Of a DNA stretch of 64,000 nucleotides, positions 37,501 to 47,424 are shown piece by piece (position 1 is the first letter of the stretch; every line of letters starts with the position of its first letter). This DNA is from an uncultured delta proteobacterium (GTDB taxonomy: Bacteria > Desulfobacterota > Desulfuromonadia > Geobacterales > DSM-12255): NCBI GenBank assembly GCA_963787125.1, contig CAWBBV010000023.1, positions 96,001-160,000 of the forward strand, given 5' to 3'. The position numbers and the translations under genes are program-made. The notes under the pieces are model-generated. The model was not told the DNA's origin and did not search any database. It worked only from the letters and a program-made list of their open reading frames with translations.

Positions 37501-37849
37501 TCCTGAAAGGGGTACCTGCAAGACTGACATCAGCCTTGAATACCAGGGTTGCTTTGGCTGTCGGCAGCGTGAGGCTGACGCTTTTGAAAGCACCGTTTGC
37601 GTCTATGGGGCCGCTCCCCAGTACTGTTCCGTCCTGACCATTAATGACGGTGATTGTCCCCAGGTCAGGTGCCGCTGCAAAAAGAGTTTTCAGCAGGGAT
37701 TTTCCACCTTCGACTTTGCCGGATACGGAGACCGTGTAGCCTTTCTGACTGACTGCGTTGTTGCTGCTTCCGCCGCCGCTACAGCCGGCGATGGACAGCA
37801 TGGTTAATGCAATTAGCGACAAAAAATAACTGAGCTTTCTACTTAACAT
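34583..37849 (-). CDS. OmcA/MtrC-family decaheme c-type cytochrome lipoprotein
   Basis: Lipobox IAGC; 10 CxxCH in two groups of five; DHGDGSY, IHRIHMG, YPQDIRNC MtrC-like motifs. Confidence 0.88.
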   Translation of the reverse strand: MLSRKLSYFLSLIALTMLSIAGCSGGGSSNNAVSQKGYTVSVSGKVEGGKSLLKTLFAAAPDLGTITVINGQDGTVLGSGPIDANGAFKSVSLTLPTAKATLVFKADVSLAGTPFRNIVPIDLSTPPAPGISASNSVNINISQDTTNIAITVSTMLGLTGILGDTGQTLNSVNKTYADAAAQVVANGGQVLAYNTSGLTLTGSLTNGALLPAVDASTFSVNDLNNITLDGQIQSVFIPAKKPIVNFTVVNKATGKGITGLRTFALHIAKLMPEVNGSNSFWQNYISAGLPLSAIPARGTSALTNPSADSADLYVNGVKTADGYKIIDHGDGSYTATFGADITANVNIAYDATLTHRLGISIRNVNVPGGYAGPINPLTGAVQAVFTSPNVANIFYDFTPSTGLMLTDATTGKQAFARDIVTAGACGQCHYKLALAVPNNFLSGHTGSRTDSRLCVMCHTNQISGGEGEFVTFIHRIHMGETLNDGGSFKPIPKGLVTYGEQTYPQDIRNCTLCHQGKDVSNWMTKPSRKSCGSCHNATDFATHQGGQANDQLCSSCHGSAIVSLKHLPIAPPATDNAVSRAFAGYSNATAQGVTINSNTNASYTAAASLSRLPAGAKAISYVIKSVSRNTSKQPVMEFKFQVATADANGVLGAPVDIAFNDPALSPELLAGFVGSPSIYFAFAVPQDGITAPVDYNATASAYLKRLWNGTATSVNQPTQAGTLTGPVSGYYTVTLTNVNVPDNAVMMTGGIGYTYGLGSYSKGSYAGTAPYVPFITTTQPLTQTDLAAYPYVVTKNGVTLPIGEGGFSVPSDNKWKLATGYTARRVIVDNAKCNACHGRLGVNPTFHAGQRNDAPTCTFCHNVNRTNSGWAVNSKDIIHSIHGAGKRVNKFSWESSAGAAYWQVTYPGLLRNCEECHVAGMYDFSNSVYTANNNGIFDSMLYTTVASGNIPSPISVVITGNEPIPGTYYSPFVTAGTKYGATFAFNSGAPGMPNSTITKADGTKVTLPPQGTFQAETTTLVNSPIAAACAACHDTKYARGHMATNGGSISEPRSTALGKQELCVVCHGISNNNLNSTVPNIKAVHRWW

Positions 37850-37954
37850 GATTTCCTCCTGTTTAGAAATTTACTGCGCTGGTTAACTGGTTTCAAGTAA
37901 ATGAATCTTCAACAGTATTTGAACTCCTCCTTTAAAATAAATTTTACAGCTTAA

Positions 37955-40162
37955 TCATGGGGTGAGCTGACCACTTACAATTATGCCAAGAGCTGAAGCA
38001 GGTGGCGTTACCGATAGAGTGCTGCTCTGTGCTGAGATGTTACCGGCAGCGTCGGAGGCTTTAACGTAGTAGGTGTAGGTAGTCGTTGGTGTGACCGGTG
38101 TGTCAGTCAGTGAAAGTGTTGCTGTTGTGGCGATTTTAACTCCATTGCGGTAGATGTCATAAGTGGTTACGCCAATGTTATCGGTTGCGCCGCTCCAGGA
38201 AAGATTTACCGAGCTCTGGGTGGCGGTCAAAGCTGTTGTGGTCGCTGTTAATGTTGCCGGAGCGGTCGGAGCGGTTATATCCTGGCTTGGCGGTGTAATT
38301 ACACCAACATTGACCTGCCCGTTGACGGTTATCTGCAAAGAGCTTTGCGATACCGGCACCTGCAACTGACTGCTGGCTACGGAGCGATTACCGGCGGCGT
38401 CAAGAGCAACAATATAATAGGTGTAGAGGGTATTCGTCAGCAGCGGCGAATCAGTGTAACTTTGAGTGGCAACAGTCGCAATTTTACTGCCGTTTCTGTA
38501 AATCTCATAGGCCGTTACAGCAATATTGTCGGTTGCGCCACTCCAGCTGACAAGAATTGATCTTTGCGTTGCCGTAAGAATGGTTGTTGCTGCCGCCAGG
38601 TTTGTCGGTGCAGTTGGTGCGGTTATATCCTGACTTGGCGGGGTGATAATTCCGGTATTTACTTGACCGCTGACGGTTATCTGCAGTGAAGCCTGGGAAG
38701 CAGGAACCTGGAGCTGACTGCTGGCAGGTGACCTGTTTCCGGCAGCATCAAGTGCAATAATGGAATACGTGTACTGTGTGTTCAGCAGGAGCGGTGAATC
38801 GGTAAAGCTTTCGGTTGTAACAGTCGCAATTTTACTGCCGTCTCTGTATACCTCATAAGCTGTCACAGCAATATTGTCTGTTGCTCCACTCCAGCTCACC
38901 AGGATAGATCTTTGTGTCGGCGTAAGAGTGGTTGTCGTTGCTGCCAGATTCAGCGGTGGCGTCGGGGCGGTAATATCTTTGGTCGGAGAGATGAGTATCC
39001 CTGTCGAAAGCTGGCCCCCTGCCGTGATGTTCAGGTTTACCGGTGTTGGTGTCACACTGACACTACTGCTGGCAACAGAACGATTGCCCGCACCGTCCAG
39101 GGCGCGTACATAGTAGGTATAGGTGCTGCCCGGAACCAGGGAGATATCTTTGTAACTGAGAGTGGTGACCGTGACTGTTTTGCTGCCGTCGCGGTAAATT
39201 TCGTAGCCGGTCACGGCAGTATTGTCGGTTGATGCTTTCCAGGAAAGATCAGCCGAGGCGTTGGTTGTAGTGAGGGTGGCCGTAGTGACGGTAAATCCTG
39301 ACGGAGCTGTTGGCGGCGTTGTATCACTGAAGTCCGGATTCGGCGGTGGCGTTGCAGATTTGGTCAAAAGTGCTTGTACTGCTGCGGCCAGAGGAGGGGT
39401 AATATCAATTCTTGCCAGAACCTGGTTGCCGGCGGTATTAAGCGCAAAAAGGTAGGTTTGGTACTCCGGGCTGGTCACATCAGACACCGCCTGACCGATG
39501 AGGCTGGTCACCGCGAGGGTCGTGCCGGTATTCGAGTTGACTATCATCTGATCAATGACCGTCAGGGCGGCCAGGTTAGCCAGATTAGCTGCAACTCCAG
39601 GGTTAGCCAGCAGGTCGGTAACATTGAAAATTGCCGCGACATAACTGTTGCCGGCTTCAACTGTCTTGGCATCAGCAATCAGCAGCGGATCAGCAGTCAG
39701 AATCTGCTGCAGTTTCTGGTAGCCGGCTTCGGAGATCGGTGTTACGGCGATGACCTGACCGGTTGACAGTTTGTCCACAACAGCATTGAAGGCTTCCGTT
39801 GCCGTGAAATTAACCGGAGTCGTGGATGTTGTGGTGGTGTAAGTTGCTCCGGGCTGGCCGGTGACTCTGATGAGGAGCGGTGGCGTTGCTTTGGCAACCG
39901 GGATGTCAATTGCGTACGAACCATCACCAAGTGATGTTCCGGTCCCTAAAAGTTCACCCGGACTGCCGTTTGAGTTCAACTGAAAGATTTCTACACGGGC
40001 CGCCTTGATCGGTCCTTGAATAGTGGCAATGCCGGAGATTGTTGTCAGGGGGCCGGGTGCAACGCCTCCTTCTCCACCATTACCACCACCGCACGCAGTA
40101 ACAACAAGAGGCAGGCAGGCAATTAATCCCCATGCTAAAAACCTCTTAAGTGTCATATACAT
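37955..40162 (-). CDS. Lipoprotein with four tandem fibronectin type III domains
   Basis: Lipobox VTAC; 4 repeats of D(I/T)T(A/P)PTxP...SW...TDN..V..Y.(I/V)YR.G...Y...A.D.AGN.S; no CxxCH. Confidence 0.85.
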   Translation of the reverse strand: MYMTLKRFLAWGLIACLPLVVTACGGGNGGEGGVAPGPLTTISGIATIQGPIKAARVEIFQLNSNGSPGELLGTGTSLGDGSYAIDIPVAKATPPLLIRVTGQPGATYTTTTSTTPVNFTATEAFNAVVDKLSTGQVIAVTPISEAGYQKLQQILTADPLLIADAKTVEAGNSYVAAIFNVTDLLANPGVAANLANLAALTVIDQMIVNSNTGTTLAVTSLIGQAVSDVTSPEYQTYLFALNTAGNQVLARIDITPPLAAAVQALLTKSATPPPNPDFSDTTPPTAPSGFTVTTATLTTTNASADLSWKASTDNTAVTGYEIYRDGSKTVTVTTLSYKDISLVPGSTYTYYVRALDGAGNRSVASSSVSVTPTPVNLNITAGGQLSTGILISPTKDITAPTPPLNLAATTTTLTPTQRSILVSWSGATDNIAVTAYEVYRDGSKIATVTTESFTDSPLLLNTQYTYSIIALDAAGNRSPASSQLQVPASQASLQITVSGQVNTGIITPPSQDITAPTAPTNLAAATTILTATQRSILVSWSGATDNIAVTAYEIYRNGSKIATVATQSYTDSPLLTNTLYTYYIVALDAAGNRSVASSQLQVPVSQSSLQITVNGQVNVGVITPPSQDITAPTAPATLTATTTALTATQSSVNLSWSGATDNIGVTTYDIYRNGVKIATTATLSLTDTPVTPTTTYTYYVKASDAAGNISAQSSTLSVTPPASALGIIVSGQLTP

Positions 40163-40227
40163 TAGTTCCTCCTTCTGCACAGGTAAACTGTTTTAACCGC
40201 TGATGCCGGCAACTTTCCAGGCTGAGT

Positions 40228-41013
40228 TCAGTTCTTGTCGCCTGCGTGGCAAGAGCTGGCTCCACAGGTTTTATCCACTTTGACTTGGCCGGGTTTTGTC
40301 GCATCATTGAACGTCCCATGACACGCTGCGATGTCGCATTTCGCCCTTGTTTGGGCATTTGTTAATCCTGTCAGCGTATAACCCTTGTGATCGGCATCTC
40401 TCCATGAACCGGCTGTGGCTGGATGTACCGCACTGACGCCACCGAGATGACACTGGTAGCAGGAAGGACCACTCAGAAAAACTCCAGTGGAAGCTGTGCC
40501 ATGGCAAACGCTGGTGCTGCATTTGGCAATGCCGTTAGCACTGGCATAGTTGGCATGGCTGGAGTAAAACGCCCAGGTTCCAGCATGCTTTGCTGCAGGT
40601 CCGCCGAGGTGACACGCCGTTGCACAGGAACTGCCGCTACCGGGAACTCCGGTTAGGGCTGCACCGTGGCAGGCGCTATTGGCACAGCTCGTAGTGCCGT
40701 TCGTTGCCACGTATCCCTTATGGCGGGCATAAGCGTATTGACCCCACTGAAGCGGGTGAACGGCTTCAGCACTGCCAAGATGACAAGTGGTGCAGGATAC
40801 TTTTGAGATGCCCCCGTCAAGGTTCTCCCCATGGCATTCAAAACAGGTTTCCTGATCAGCCTTGGCCGAGCCTTGATGGTTTATTGCCCAACCCGGCAAG
40901 TGTTTACCGCTATCGGGACTGAATACTACCTTGGAATTAGTGTCACCACAGCCGCTTAAGGAGAGGGACAATGCTAAAGCAGTCAGGCAAATTGTAGTTT
41001 TTATTTGTGACAT
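40228..41013 (-). CDS. Multiheme c-type cytochrome lipoprotein (8 putative haem motifs)
   Basis: Lipobox LSGC; 3 CxxCH, 1 CxxxCH, 4 CxxxxCH. Confidence 0.85.
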   Translation of the reverse strand: MSQIKTTICLTALALSLSLSGCGDTNSKVVFSPDSGKHLPGWAINHQGSAKADQETCFECHGENLDGGISKVSCTTCHLGSAEAVHPLQWGQYAYARHKGYVATNGTTSCANSACHGAALTGVPGSGSSCATACHLGGPAAKHAGTWAFYSSHANYASANGIAKCSTSVCHGTASTGVFLSGPSCYQCHLGGVSAVHPATAGSWRDADHKGYTLTGLTNAQTRAKCDIAACHGTFNDATKPGQVKVDKTCGASSCHAGDKN

Positions 41014-41438
41014 GATGCGCACCTCTGATTGTTCTGGCGTCCATGACACTTGGCACATGAGGTCGGGTCTACCCTGCCGTCAATTTTGTGCTGACCAAGA
41101 TAGTCGCCACGGTGTGGCAGCGTCCGCTCAGGTGAGTCTGCAAATTTGTCGCTGGGTTTGATTTCATCCTTGTTTGCGTGGCAATCAATACAGAAAGCTT
41201 CTTGATGGCAGGCAGTGCAGGTTTGCCGGGAGGAACCGGCATAAAAGCCGTGCTTTTTGTAAAAGTCGAGCGCCTTGTGGTTCATGGCGCTGTAGGAGTC
41301 GGTATGGCATTCGGTGCAGTCAGGCACTCCTTTGACTGCCTCAGGGTGGATTACGGCTACGCTTTTGGTGTTGGCGCAGGCATAGAGAAGAAATAGGATT
41401 ATCGGCATGAACATTATTATGAGGATTCTATTTTTCAC
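41001..41438 (-). CDS. Pentaheme c-type cytochrome
   Basis: CTECH, CTACH, CIDCH, CAKCH, CASCH; lipoprotein-like signal (LYAC). Confidence 0.88.
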   Translation of the reverse strand: MKNRILIIMFMPIILFLLYACANTKSVAVIHPEAVKGVPDCTECHTDSYSAMNHKALDFYKKHGFYAGSSRQTCTACHQEAFCIDCHANKDEIKPSDKFADSPERTLPHRGDYLGQHKIDGRVDPTSCAKCHGRQNNQRCASCHK

Positions 41439-42771
41439 TCTTGCCTCCTCCTTCGCTATGTTTTGTATCGAACAGATATGTCAGTTTCATGAGACCTCGT
41501 ACTTCCCGATCGAAATCAGGATTTCTTGAATACTCCAGATCGGCGCCTATTTTCAGCTGTTCGTTGATTTCATAGCCGGCCGACCCTGTTAAGGCAAAAC
41601 TGTCTGTGACGCCGTTGATGCTTTTATCGTAGCGGATATCGATAAAATCGGCCGACACTTCCATGTGACCGAGTTTTCTCAGAGCGTAGAGGCGATATTC
41701 GTCATAACGCAGCCTGTTATTGGCTCCCTCCATGCGATGATAGGCAAGGCCGGCGGTAATGATTTCCGGTGAAGAGTACGCCAGTTTGCCGCCAAAATAG
41801 TCGGCGCTGCCGGCGATATCATAACTGTAGTTTTTGTAGTCTGCTGAAACAGTATAGTCCTTCAGGAAAGTGTAGGAGGCCCCGGCTCCAAGAGCGATAA
41901 ACGCCTCGCCAGGGGTCAGGATCCCGTTGGTCAGGCTTAGTGCCGGTGTGGTCATGTTGTAAAAAAAGTCGGTATAATTGATATTGGTTACACTGGCGCT
42001 TATTTTGAGATTTGTTAAAGGGGAGAGCGTCAGGGTATAGGCATGTTCCATCCAGCCATTGGTAATAGAGTTATAGGAAGATCGACCGGTGAGGTCGACC
42101 ATCTGCACGGGGTGGACCCAGAGGTCGATCCCCTCCTCTTCACGATATCTGGAGTTTTTCTCGGCTTCGCTTTTCAGGGCACTGATGCCGAGAGTGTACA
42201 GTTTAGGCATGCTGTGACTGACGCGGGCGCCGTAGACCAGGTTGGCATTCTTGTTGGACGGGGTGTTGGGCATGTCGGTGGTGACCGGTTGACCGATAAA
42301 AGCAGCTGCACCGATGCCGGCGGTAAAGTCACTGCGCGCATAAAGTCCGTCAATCTTCTCCGAGGCAACTCCTTCGGTAACAAACTGCCGTCCCAGGTTA
42401 ACAACGGCATTGTTTGTTGCCGCCCGGTAGCTGAGATAAAAATATTGCAGATCGGTGTCGGAATGGACCCTGTCGGTGGTTTTGTCGGCAAAGTCAACCC
42501 TGCCCCAGCCGCCCATATACAGCCCAAGGGTAGAGCCGTCTGAGAGTTTACTGGATGTGCTCAGTCGTAAATATTCGTAAGCTGGATACAGATCCTTGTT
42601 GTCGGTGGTTGTTCGCATTCGCACTATTGTAGTTGATTCTCCCGAAACTGAAAAATCTGCTGCAAAGAGCGGAGATGACAAGGTCAGGAATGTCAAAACA
42701 GTTACACCAATAGACGTATTAATGTTAAAAAGTGCGCCATGCTTCGTTTGTATTAGCTGAAAAATATTCAA
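41428..42771 (-). CDS. Outer-membrane beta-barrel (porin of a porin-cytochrome conduit)
   Basis: Signal peptide, amphipathic beta-strand pattern, first gene of the cytochrome cluster; TTG start with AAGGAGG. Confidence 0.75.
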   Translation of the reverse strand: MNIFQLIQTKHGALFNINTSIGVTVLTFLTLSSPLFAADFSVSGESTTIVRMRTTTDNKDLYPAYEYLRLSTSSKLSDGSTLGLYMGGWGRVDFADKTTDRVHSDTDLQYFYLSYRAATNNAVVNLGRQFVTEGVASEKIDGLYARSDFTAGIGAAAFIGQPVTTDMPNTPSNKNANLVYGARVSHSMPKLYTLGISALKSEAEKNSRYREEEGIDLWVHPVQMVDLTGRSSYNSITNGWMEHAYTLTLSPLTNLKISASVTNINYTDFFYNMTTPALSLTNGILTPGEAFIALGAGASYTFLKDYTVSADYKNYSYDIAGSADYFGGKLAYSSPEIITAGLAYHRMEGANNRLRYDEYRLYALRKLGHMEVSADFIDIRYDKSINGVTDSFALTGSAGYEINEQLKIGADLEYSRNPDFDREVRGLMKLTYLFDTKHSEGGGKSEK

Positions 42772-43030
42772 AATGCCCTCCTTTCTAAGAAATTCGGTTG
42801 TCTGACTAACTCTCTGATATTACTCTGTTTAACCTCCGGTCGGATGATATTCGCACGAAGCGGTTATTGAATAAAGCGAAGCTACGGTTAATGTAAATAA
42901 GCAAATTTAGTACCGTAAAATAAAATAAAAACTATTAATTTTTATAAATCATAACAGGGGAAAGTTATCTGTCTAGGAACTGGAAGAATTTTTATCATTT
43001 ATTTTTTTTAAAGGGAGAAGGAGCTTCGAG

Positions 43031-43888
43031 TTATTCGTGGGAAGAGGCGTTTTTTAGAGAGAGTGAAATGGCGTAAATTTCACTTTTGGGGATTCCGCTT
43101 TCAGCGGAAGCACGGGCGGCAGTGTCTTTTACAGAAAGACACTCTTCAAAAAGATAGCGGCGAAGATTGGATTCAAGGTCGTAACTTGTCAAATCAGCCG
43201 CAGCACTGGCAGGCGCAAGCAGGATAACCAATTCACCCTTGACGGACTGCTTCGAGTAATGCTCAAGGAGTTCGGCAGAGGTGCCGCGCCTGAACTCTTC
43301 ATGTATTTTTGTCAGTTCCCGGGCGATAACAAGCTCGCGACTGCCAAGAATTTCCGCCATATCTGACAGCGTAGCCGTCAAACGGTGGGGGGCTTCGTAA
43401 AAAATGATGACCCTGCCATCATCCTGGAGCTCAAGCAGACGGTTCCTGCGCTTCCCCTGTTTTGGAGGAAGAAAACCTTCAAAGGCGAAGCGGTCGGAGG
43501 GGAGTCCTGATGCAGAGAGCGCGGCAGCTATGGCGGATGCTCCGGGAATCGGGACGGTCTTTATCCCCTTTTCAGCAGCAGCTTTGGCTATGCGGTAGCC
43601 TGGATCGGCTATGCATGGGGTGCCGGCGTCGGTAATGATGGCAATATTCTGTCCTTCGAGAAGTTTTTCCAGCAGATAATCGGTCTTGAGCTGTTCGTTA
43701 TGGTCGTGATAGGGTGTCATCCGGGTTGAGATCCCGTAATGATTCAGGAGTTTGCGGGAGTGACGGGTGTCCTCGGCAGCAATCAGATCGACCTCTTTCA
43801 GTATCCTGACCGCTCTGAAGGTCATGTCTTCGAGGTTGCCGATCGGTGTTGCGACTATGTAAAGAGTGCCGGAAACAGTTTCCTGCAT
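43031..43888 (-). CDS. rsmI: 16S rRNA C1402 2'-O-methyltransferase
   Basis: LYIVATPIGNLED, AAEDTR, DAGTPCIADPG, FYEAPHR, RELTKIHEE. Confidence 0.95.
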   Translation of the reverse strand: MQETVSGTLYIVATPIGNLEDMTFRAVRILKEVDLIAAEDTRHSRKLLNHYGISTRMTPYHDHNEQLKTDYLLEKLLEGQNIAIITDAGTPCIADPGYRIAKAAAEKGIKTVPIPGASAIAAALSASGLPSDRFAFEGFLPPKQGKRRNRLLELQDDGRVIIFYEAPHRLTATLSDMAEILGSRELVIARELTKIHEEFRRGTSAELLEHYSKQSVKGELVILLAPASAAADLTSYDLESNLRRYLFEECLSVKDTAARASAESGIPKSEIYAISLSLKNASSHE

Positions 43889-43919
43889 TGAAAGACCCCG
43901 CTTTAAACAAGGAGATTTT

Positions 43920-44516
43920 ATGCCATTCGGGCGAATTTTTACCCCGTTTCAACTGGGGAAGTTTACCATTATCCCCGAAGGTGAACCGCTTCCGGATAAA
44001 GGCGGGATACCGCTTTATCTCAGCAAGAAGGGCGCCTTCGGTTCAGGAGAGCATGAAACAACAGCCGCTTGTCTTGGTCAACTGGAAAAAATTGCGACTT
44101 TGCAAGGTTACAGAGCGCTTGATCTTGGCAGTGGTACCGGCATCCTGGCCATTGCCGCGCTGCTCCTGGGTGCAGAATCAGCTCTGGCGGTTGATATCGA
44201 GTGGCCGGCAGCCTTATCCTGCAGCTTGAATGCAGCTCTCAACGGGGTTCAGGATTGCCTGCTGACGGTCTGCGGCGAGCTTGGTTCGCTCTCTGCCAGC
44301 GGTTTTAACCTGGTCATGGCAAACATCTATGCCGACATTCTGCTGCCGCTGGCTGACCAGCTTGTTGACCTGACGCTCCCCGGAGGATTTATCCTATTGT
44401 CCGGCATTCCACTCCAGGATAAGTACGATGTCTGGCGGCGCTATACCGGTCTCGGTTGCAGGGAGGTTGATGCTGTAATCGGTGAAGAGTTTGTCACCTA
44501 TCTGCTGCAAAAGTGA
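43920..44516 (+). CDS. PrmA-like (ribosomal protein L11) methyltransferase, short form
   Basis: AFGSGEHETT, LDLGSGTGILAI, ANI, LSGI. Confidence 0.8.
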   Translation: MPFGRIFTPFQLGKFTIIPEGEPLPDKGGIPLYLSKKGAFGSGEHETTAACLGQLEKIATLQGYRALDLGSGTGILAIAALLLGAESALAVDIEWPAALSCSLNAALNGVQDCLLTVCGELGSLSASGFNLVMANIYADILLPLADQLVDLTLPGGFILLSGIPLQDKYDVWRRYTGLGCREVDAVIGEEFVTYLLQK

Positions 44517-44519
44517 CCA

Positions 44520-45518
44520 TCAGGTCAGGTTCCAGATCGCCATCTCCAGCATATCCTTCCAGCTTTTCGCTATTTCATTTACCACTGTAGGCTCAAAGCC
44601 GCAGTGCATCATGCACTGGCTGCATCTTTCGTCGCGGCCGACTCCGTAGCGCAGCCACTCGGTTTTTTCCATCATCTCCCGGTAAGTCGGGTAGTGGGCA
44701 TCAGTGATCAGATAACAGGGCGCTTTCCAGCCAAGCGGATTTCGGGTCGGATTTCCCCAGGGGGTGCACTGCAGGCTCTTCTCGCCTTTGAGAAAGCGGA
44801 GATACATCGGCGTCGACCAGAAATGGAACCGGCGCCTCATTTTATAGATCTCCTGAAACTTCAGCTCTATCTCCCTTCTGACAAGGAACAACTCTTCACC
44901 GACGGCTTCGTAGTCAAAACCGGGGGCCACAAGAAGGCCGTCAACTCCGAGCTCGGAGAGCTTTGAGAAAAGCAGCTCTATTTCCATCAGGTCGGTATCT
45001 CTGAAAATGGTGGTGTTCGTGCAGACCCTGAAGCCAAGGCGTTTTGCCTCGATGATTGCCTCGATGGCAATTTTGAAAGACCCTTTGCGTTCCAGAATCC
45101 GGTCATGAGTTATCTCAAGGCCGTCAAGATGGATGTTGAGAGTGAGATTGTTGTGCCGGGGGAGCCGTGGCAGATACTCTTTGAGCAGGATGGCATTGGT
45201 GCAAAATTGAATATGCTTCCCCCGGTCCAGTACGCCGGCAACCAGTTCTATAATGTCAGGGTAGAGAAGCGGTTCCCCGCCGGTAATAGTGACTATGGGC
45301 GCCGGACATTCATCCACTGAACTGAGGCACTCTGCCAGTGGCATCATCTGGCTGATTGTGTCGGCATACTCCCGGATACGGCCGCAGCCCGAACAGGCAA
45401 GATTGCAGAGATGAGTCGGTTCAAGCATCAGGACAAGGGGGAATTTATCTATTTTTTTCAGCCTGTTGCCTGCTATGTAACGCGACAGATCGAAGGTAAG
45501 GCGTAGTGGGAAGCGCAT
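44520..45518 (-). CDS. hpnH: Adenosyl-hopene transferase (radical SAM)
   Basis: FPLVLMLEP, CNLACSGCG, CTPWGNPT, CMMHCGFE. Confidence 0.93.
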   Translation of the reverse strand: MRFPLRLTFDLSRYIAGNRLKKIDKFPLVLMLEPTHLCNLACSGCGRIREYADTISQMMPLAECLSSVDECPAPIVTITGGEPLLYPDIIELVAGVLDRGKHIQFCTNAILLKEYLPRLPRHNNLTLNIHLDGLEITHDRILERKGSFKIAIEAIIEAKRLGFRVCTNTTIFRDTDLMEIELLFSKLSELGVDGLLVAPGFDYEAVGEELFLVRREIELKFQEIYKMRRRFHFWSTPMYLRFLKGEKSLQCTPWGNPTRNPLGWKAPCYLITDAHYPTYREMMEKTEWLRYGVGRDERCSQCMMHCGFEPTVVNEIAKSWKDMLEMAIWNLT

Positions 45519-45524
45519 CGTTGT

Positions 45525-47408
45525 TCAGTATTCCTTTTCAAGAAAAGTTTTCACATTCATGGCTATGCCGTCAGCATCCAGTCCCAGCATTTTACGTAGC
45601 TCTGACTGGGTGCCGTGCTCAATGAAACGATCCGGAACACCCAGCCGCTTCAGTTTCAGGCCGGCAATTTTTTCATCAGCAAGAAGTTCCAGCACGGCGC
45701 TGCCGAAGCCCCCCTGGAGGGCATTCTCTTCCACCGTTACAACTATGCCGCACTCCCTGGCAACGGAGAGTATCAGTTCGCGGTCGAGCGGTTTTACGAA
45801 TCTTGCGTTTACTACAGACGCCCTGATCCCTTCCTTTGCAAGTATTGCCGCTGCCTCAAGAGCCGGATAGACGGTAGAGCCGATAGCCAGGATCGCCACG
45901 TCCCGTCCGTCAGCCAGCTTCTCACCGACGCCGATGGTTATGGTCTCTATGTCCTTGTCCAGAGTGACGCCGTAGCCTGCCCCTCGGGGATAGCGCAAGG
46001 ATATAGGGCTCCCGAAGTTGACCGCGGTTTTCAGCATCCGCCGCAATTCGTTTTCATCTTTTGGCGCCATGACTGTCAGCTGCGGCAGGTGGCGGGTGAA
46101 GGAAAGGTCAAAGACGCCGTGATGGGTCGGGCCGTCGTCGCCCACGAGGCCGGCCCGATCCATGGCCAGGGTTACCGGCAGTTTTTGCAGGCAGATGTCG
46201 TGGAAAAGCTGATCATAGGCCCGTTGGGCGAAGGTCGAATAAATCGCGGCAACCGGCTTGAAACCTTCTACTGCAAGGCCGGCAGCAAAGGTGAGGGCGT
46301 GCTGTTCGGCAATGCCGACATCGAAGAACCGCTCCGGGAATGCTTTTGAAAAAGGTGTCAGCCCGGTGCCGTCGGGCATGGCAGCTGTTATGGCGACGAT
46401 CTTTTTATCGTCTTGGGCAAGCTGGACAAGCGTCTCACCGAAAACAGTCGTGTAAGAAGGGTGAGCAGCTGTAGAAGCGGTTGCTTTGCCGGTCTGCAGA
46501 TCAAATCTGCCGACGCCGTGAAACTTGCCAGGCTCTTTTTCAGCCGGAGGGTAGCCACACCCCTTTTTTGTCATGACATGGACAAGCACCGGCCCTTCGA
46601 CGTTTTTCAGGTTGGCGAAGATCTCGATCAGCTGCCCCAGATCATGGCCGGGAAGAGGACCGAGATACTCAAAACCGAGCGCTTCGAAGAGCGCTGCCGG
46701 GGTAAGAAAGCCTTTGAGGGAGTGTTCGGCACGCCTGGCGAACTGGAGGATATTGCGCCCGAAAGCAGGGATGCTGGCGAGAAGGCCGGCCATCTCCTTG
46801 CGCAGTTCGCGGTAGTAGCTGCTGGTCATCTTGCGGGAAATGAAGGTCGAGAAAGCGCCGACATTTTCCGAAATAGACATCTCATTGTCATTGAGCACGA
46901 CGATCAGATTCTGCTTGAGATGTCCCGCCTGATTGAGCGCTTCAAACGACATGCCGCCGGTCAGAGAGCCGTCGCCGATAACCGCAATGACACGGTTGTT
47001 ATCTCCCTTGAGCCCGCTTGCTATGGCCATTCCCAGACCTGCCGAGATCGAGGTAGAAGAGTGACCGGCGCCGAAAGCGTCGTGGGGTGATTCGCACCGC
47101 TTCGGAAAACCGGAGAGTCCGCCCAGCTGGCGCTGGGTGTGAAAGCGGTCACGCCGTCCGGTAATGATCTTGTGGGTATATGCCTGATGTCCCACGTCCC
47201 AGACGAAGCGGTCTGTGGGAGAGTTGAAGCAGTAGTGGAGGGCAAGGGTCAGTTCGACCGCCCCGAAGTTGGACGCAAGATGGCCGCCGGTTTTCGAGAG
47301 GTTTTCAAGGAGAAACCCTCTCACTTCAGTGGCAAGGGTTTCGAGCCCTTTGATGGAAAGTCGCTTCAGGTCAGCCGGATCGTTGATTGTTGCAAGGATA
47401 GTATTCAT
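45525..47408 (-). CDS. dxs: 1-deoxy-D-xylulose-5-phosphate synthase
   Basis: [38 protein letters not shown]. Confidence 0.96.
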   Translation of the reverse strand: MNTILATINDPADLKRLSIKGLETLATEVRGFLLENLSKTGGHLASNFGAVELTLALHYCFNSPTDRFVWDVGHQAYTHKIITGRRDRFHTQRQLGGLSGFPKRCESPHDAFGAGHSSTSISAGLGMAIASGLKGDNNRVIAVIGDGSLTGGMSFEALNQAGHLKQNLIVVLNDNEMSISENVGAFSTFISRKMTSSYYRELRKEMAGLLASIPAFGRNILQFARRAEHSLKGFLTPAALFEALGFEYLGPLPGHDLGQLIEIFANLKNVEGPVLVHVMTKKGCGYPPAEKEPGKFHGVGRFDLQTGKATASTAAHPSYTTVFGETLVQLAQDDKKIVAITAAMPDGTGLTPFSKAFPERFFDVGIAEQHALTFAAGLAVEGFKPVAAIYSTFAQRAYDQLFHDICLQKLPVTLAMDRAGLVGDDGPTHHGVFDLSFTRHLPQLTVMAPKDENELRRMLKTAVNFGSPISLRYPRGAGYGVTLDKDIETITIGVGEKLADGRDVAILAIGSTVYPALEAAAILAKEGIRASVVNARFVKPLDRELILSVARECGIVVTVEENALQGGFGSAVLELLADEKIAGLKLKRLGVPDRFIEHGTQSELRKMLGLDADGIAMNVKTFLEKEY

Positions 47409-47424
47409 TTCAACCTTAAAGTCA

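Noticed and set aside
42772..43030. Cyclic dinucleotide (GEMM-I) riboswitch upstream of the cytochrome operon
   Set aside because: Conserved GEMM-I core sequences were not found on either strand; the region is simply AT-rich.
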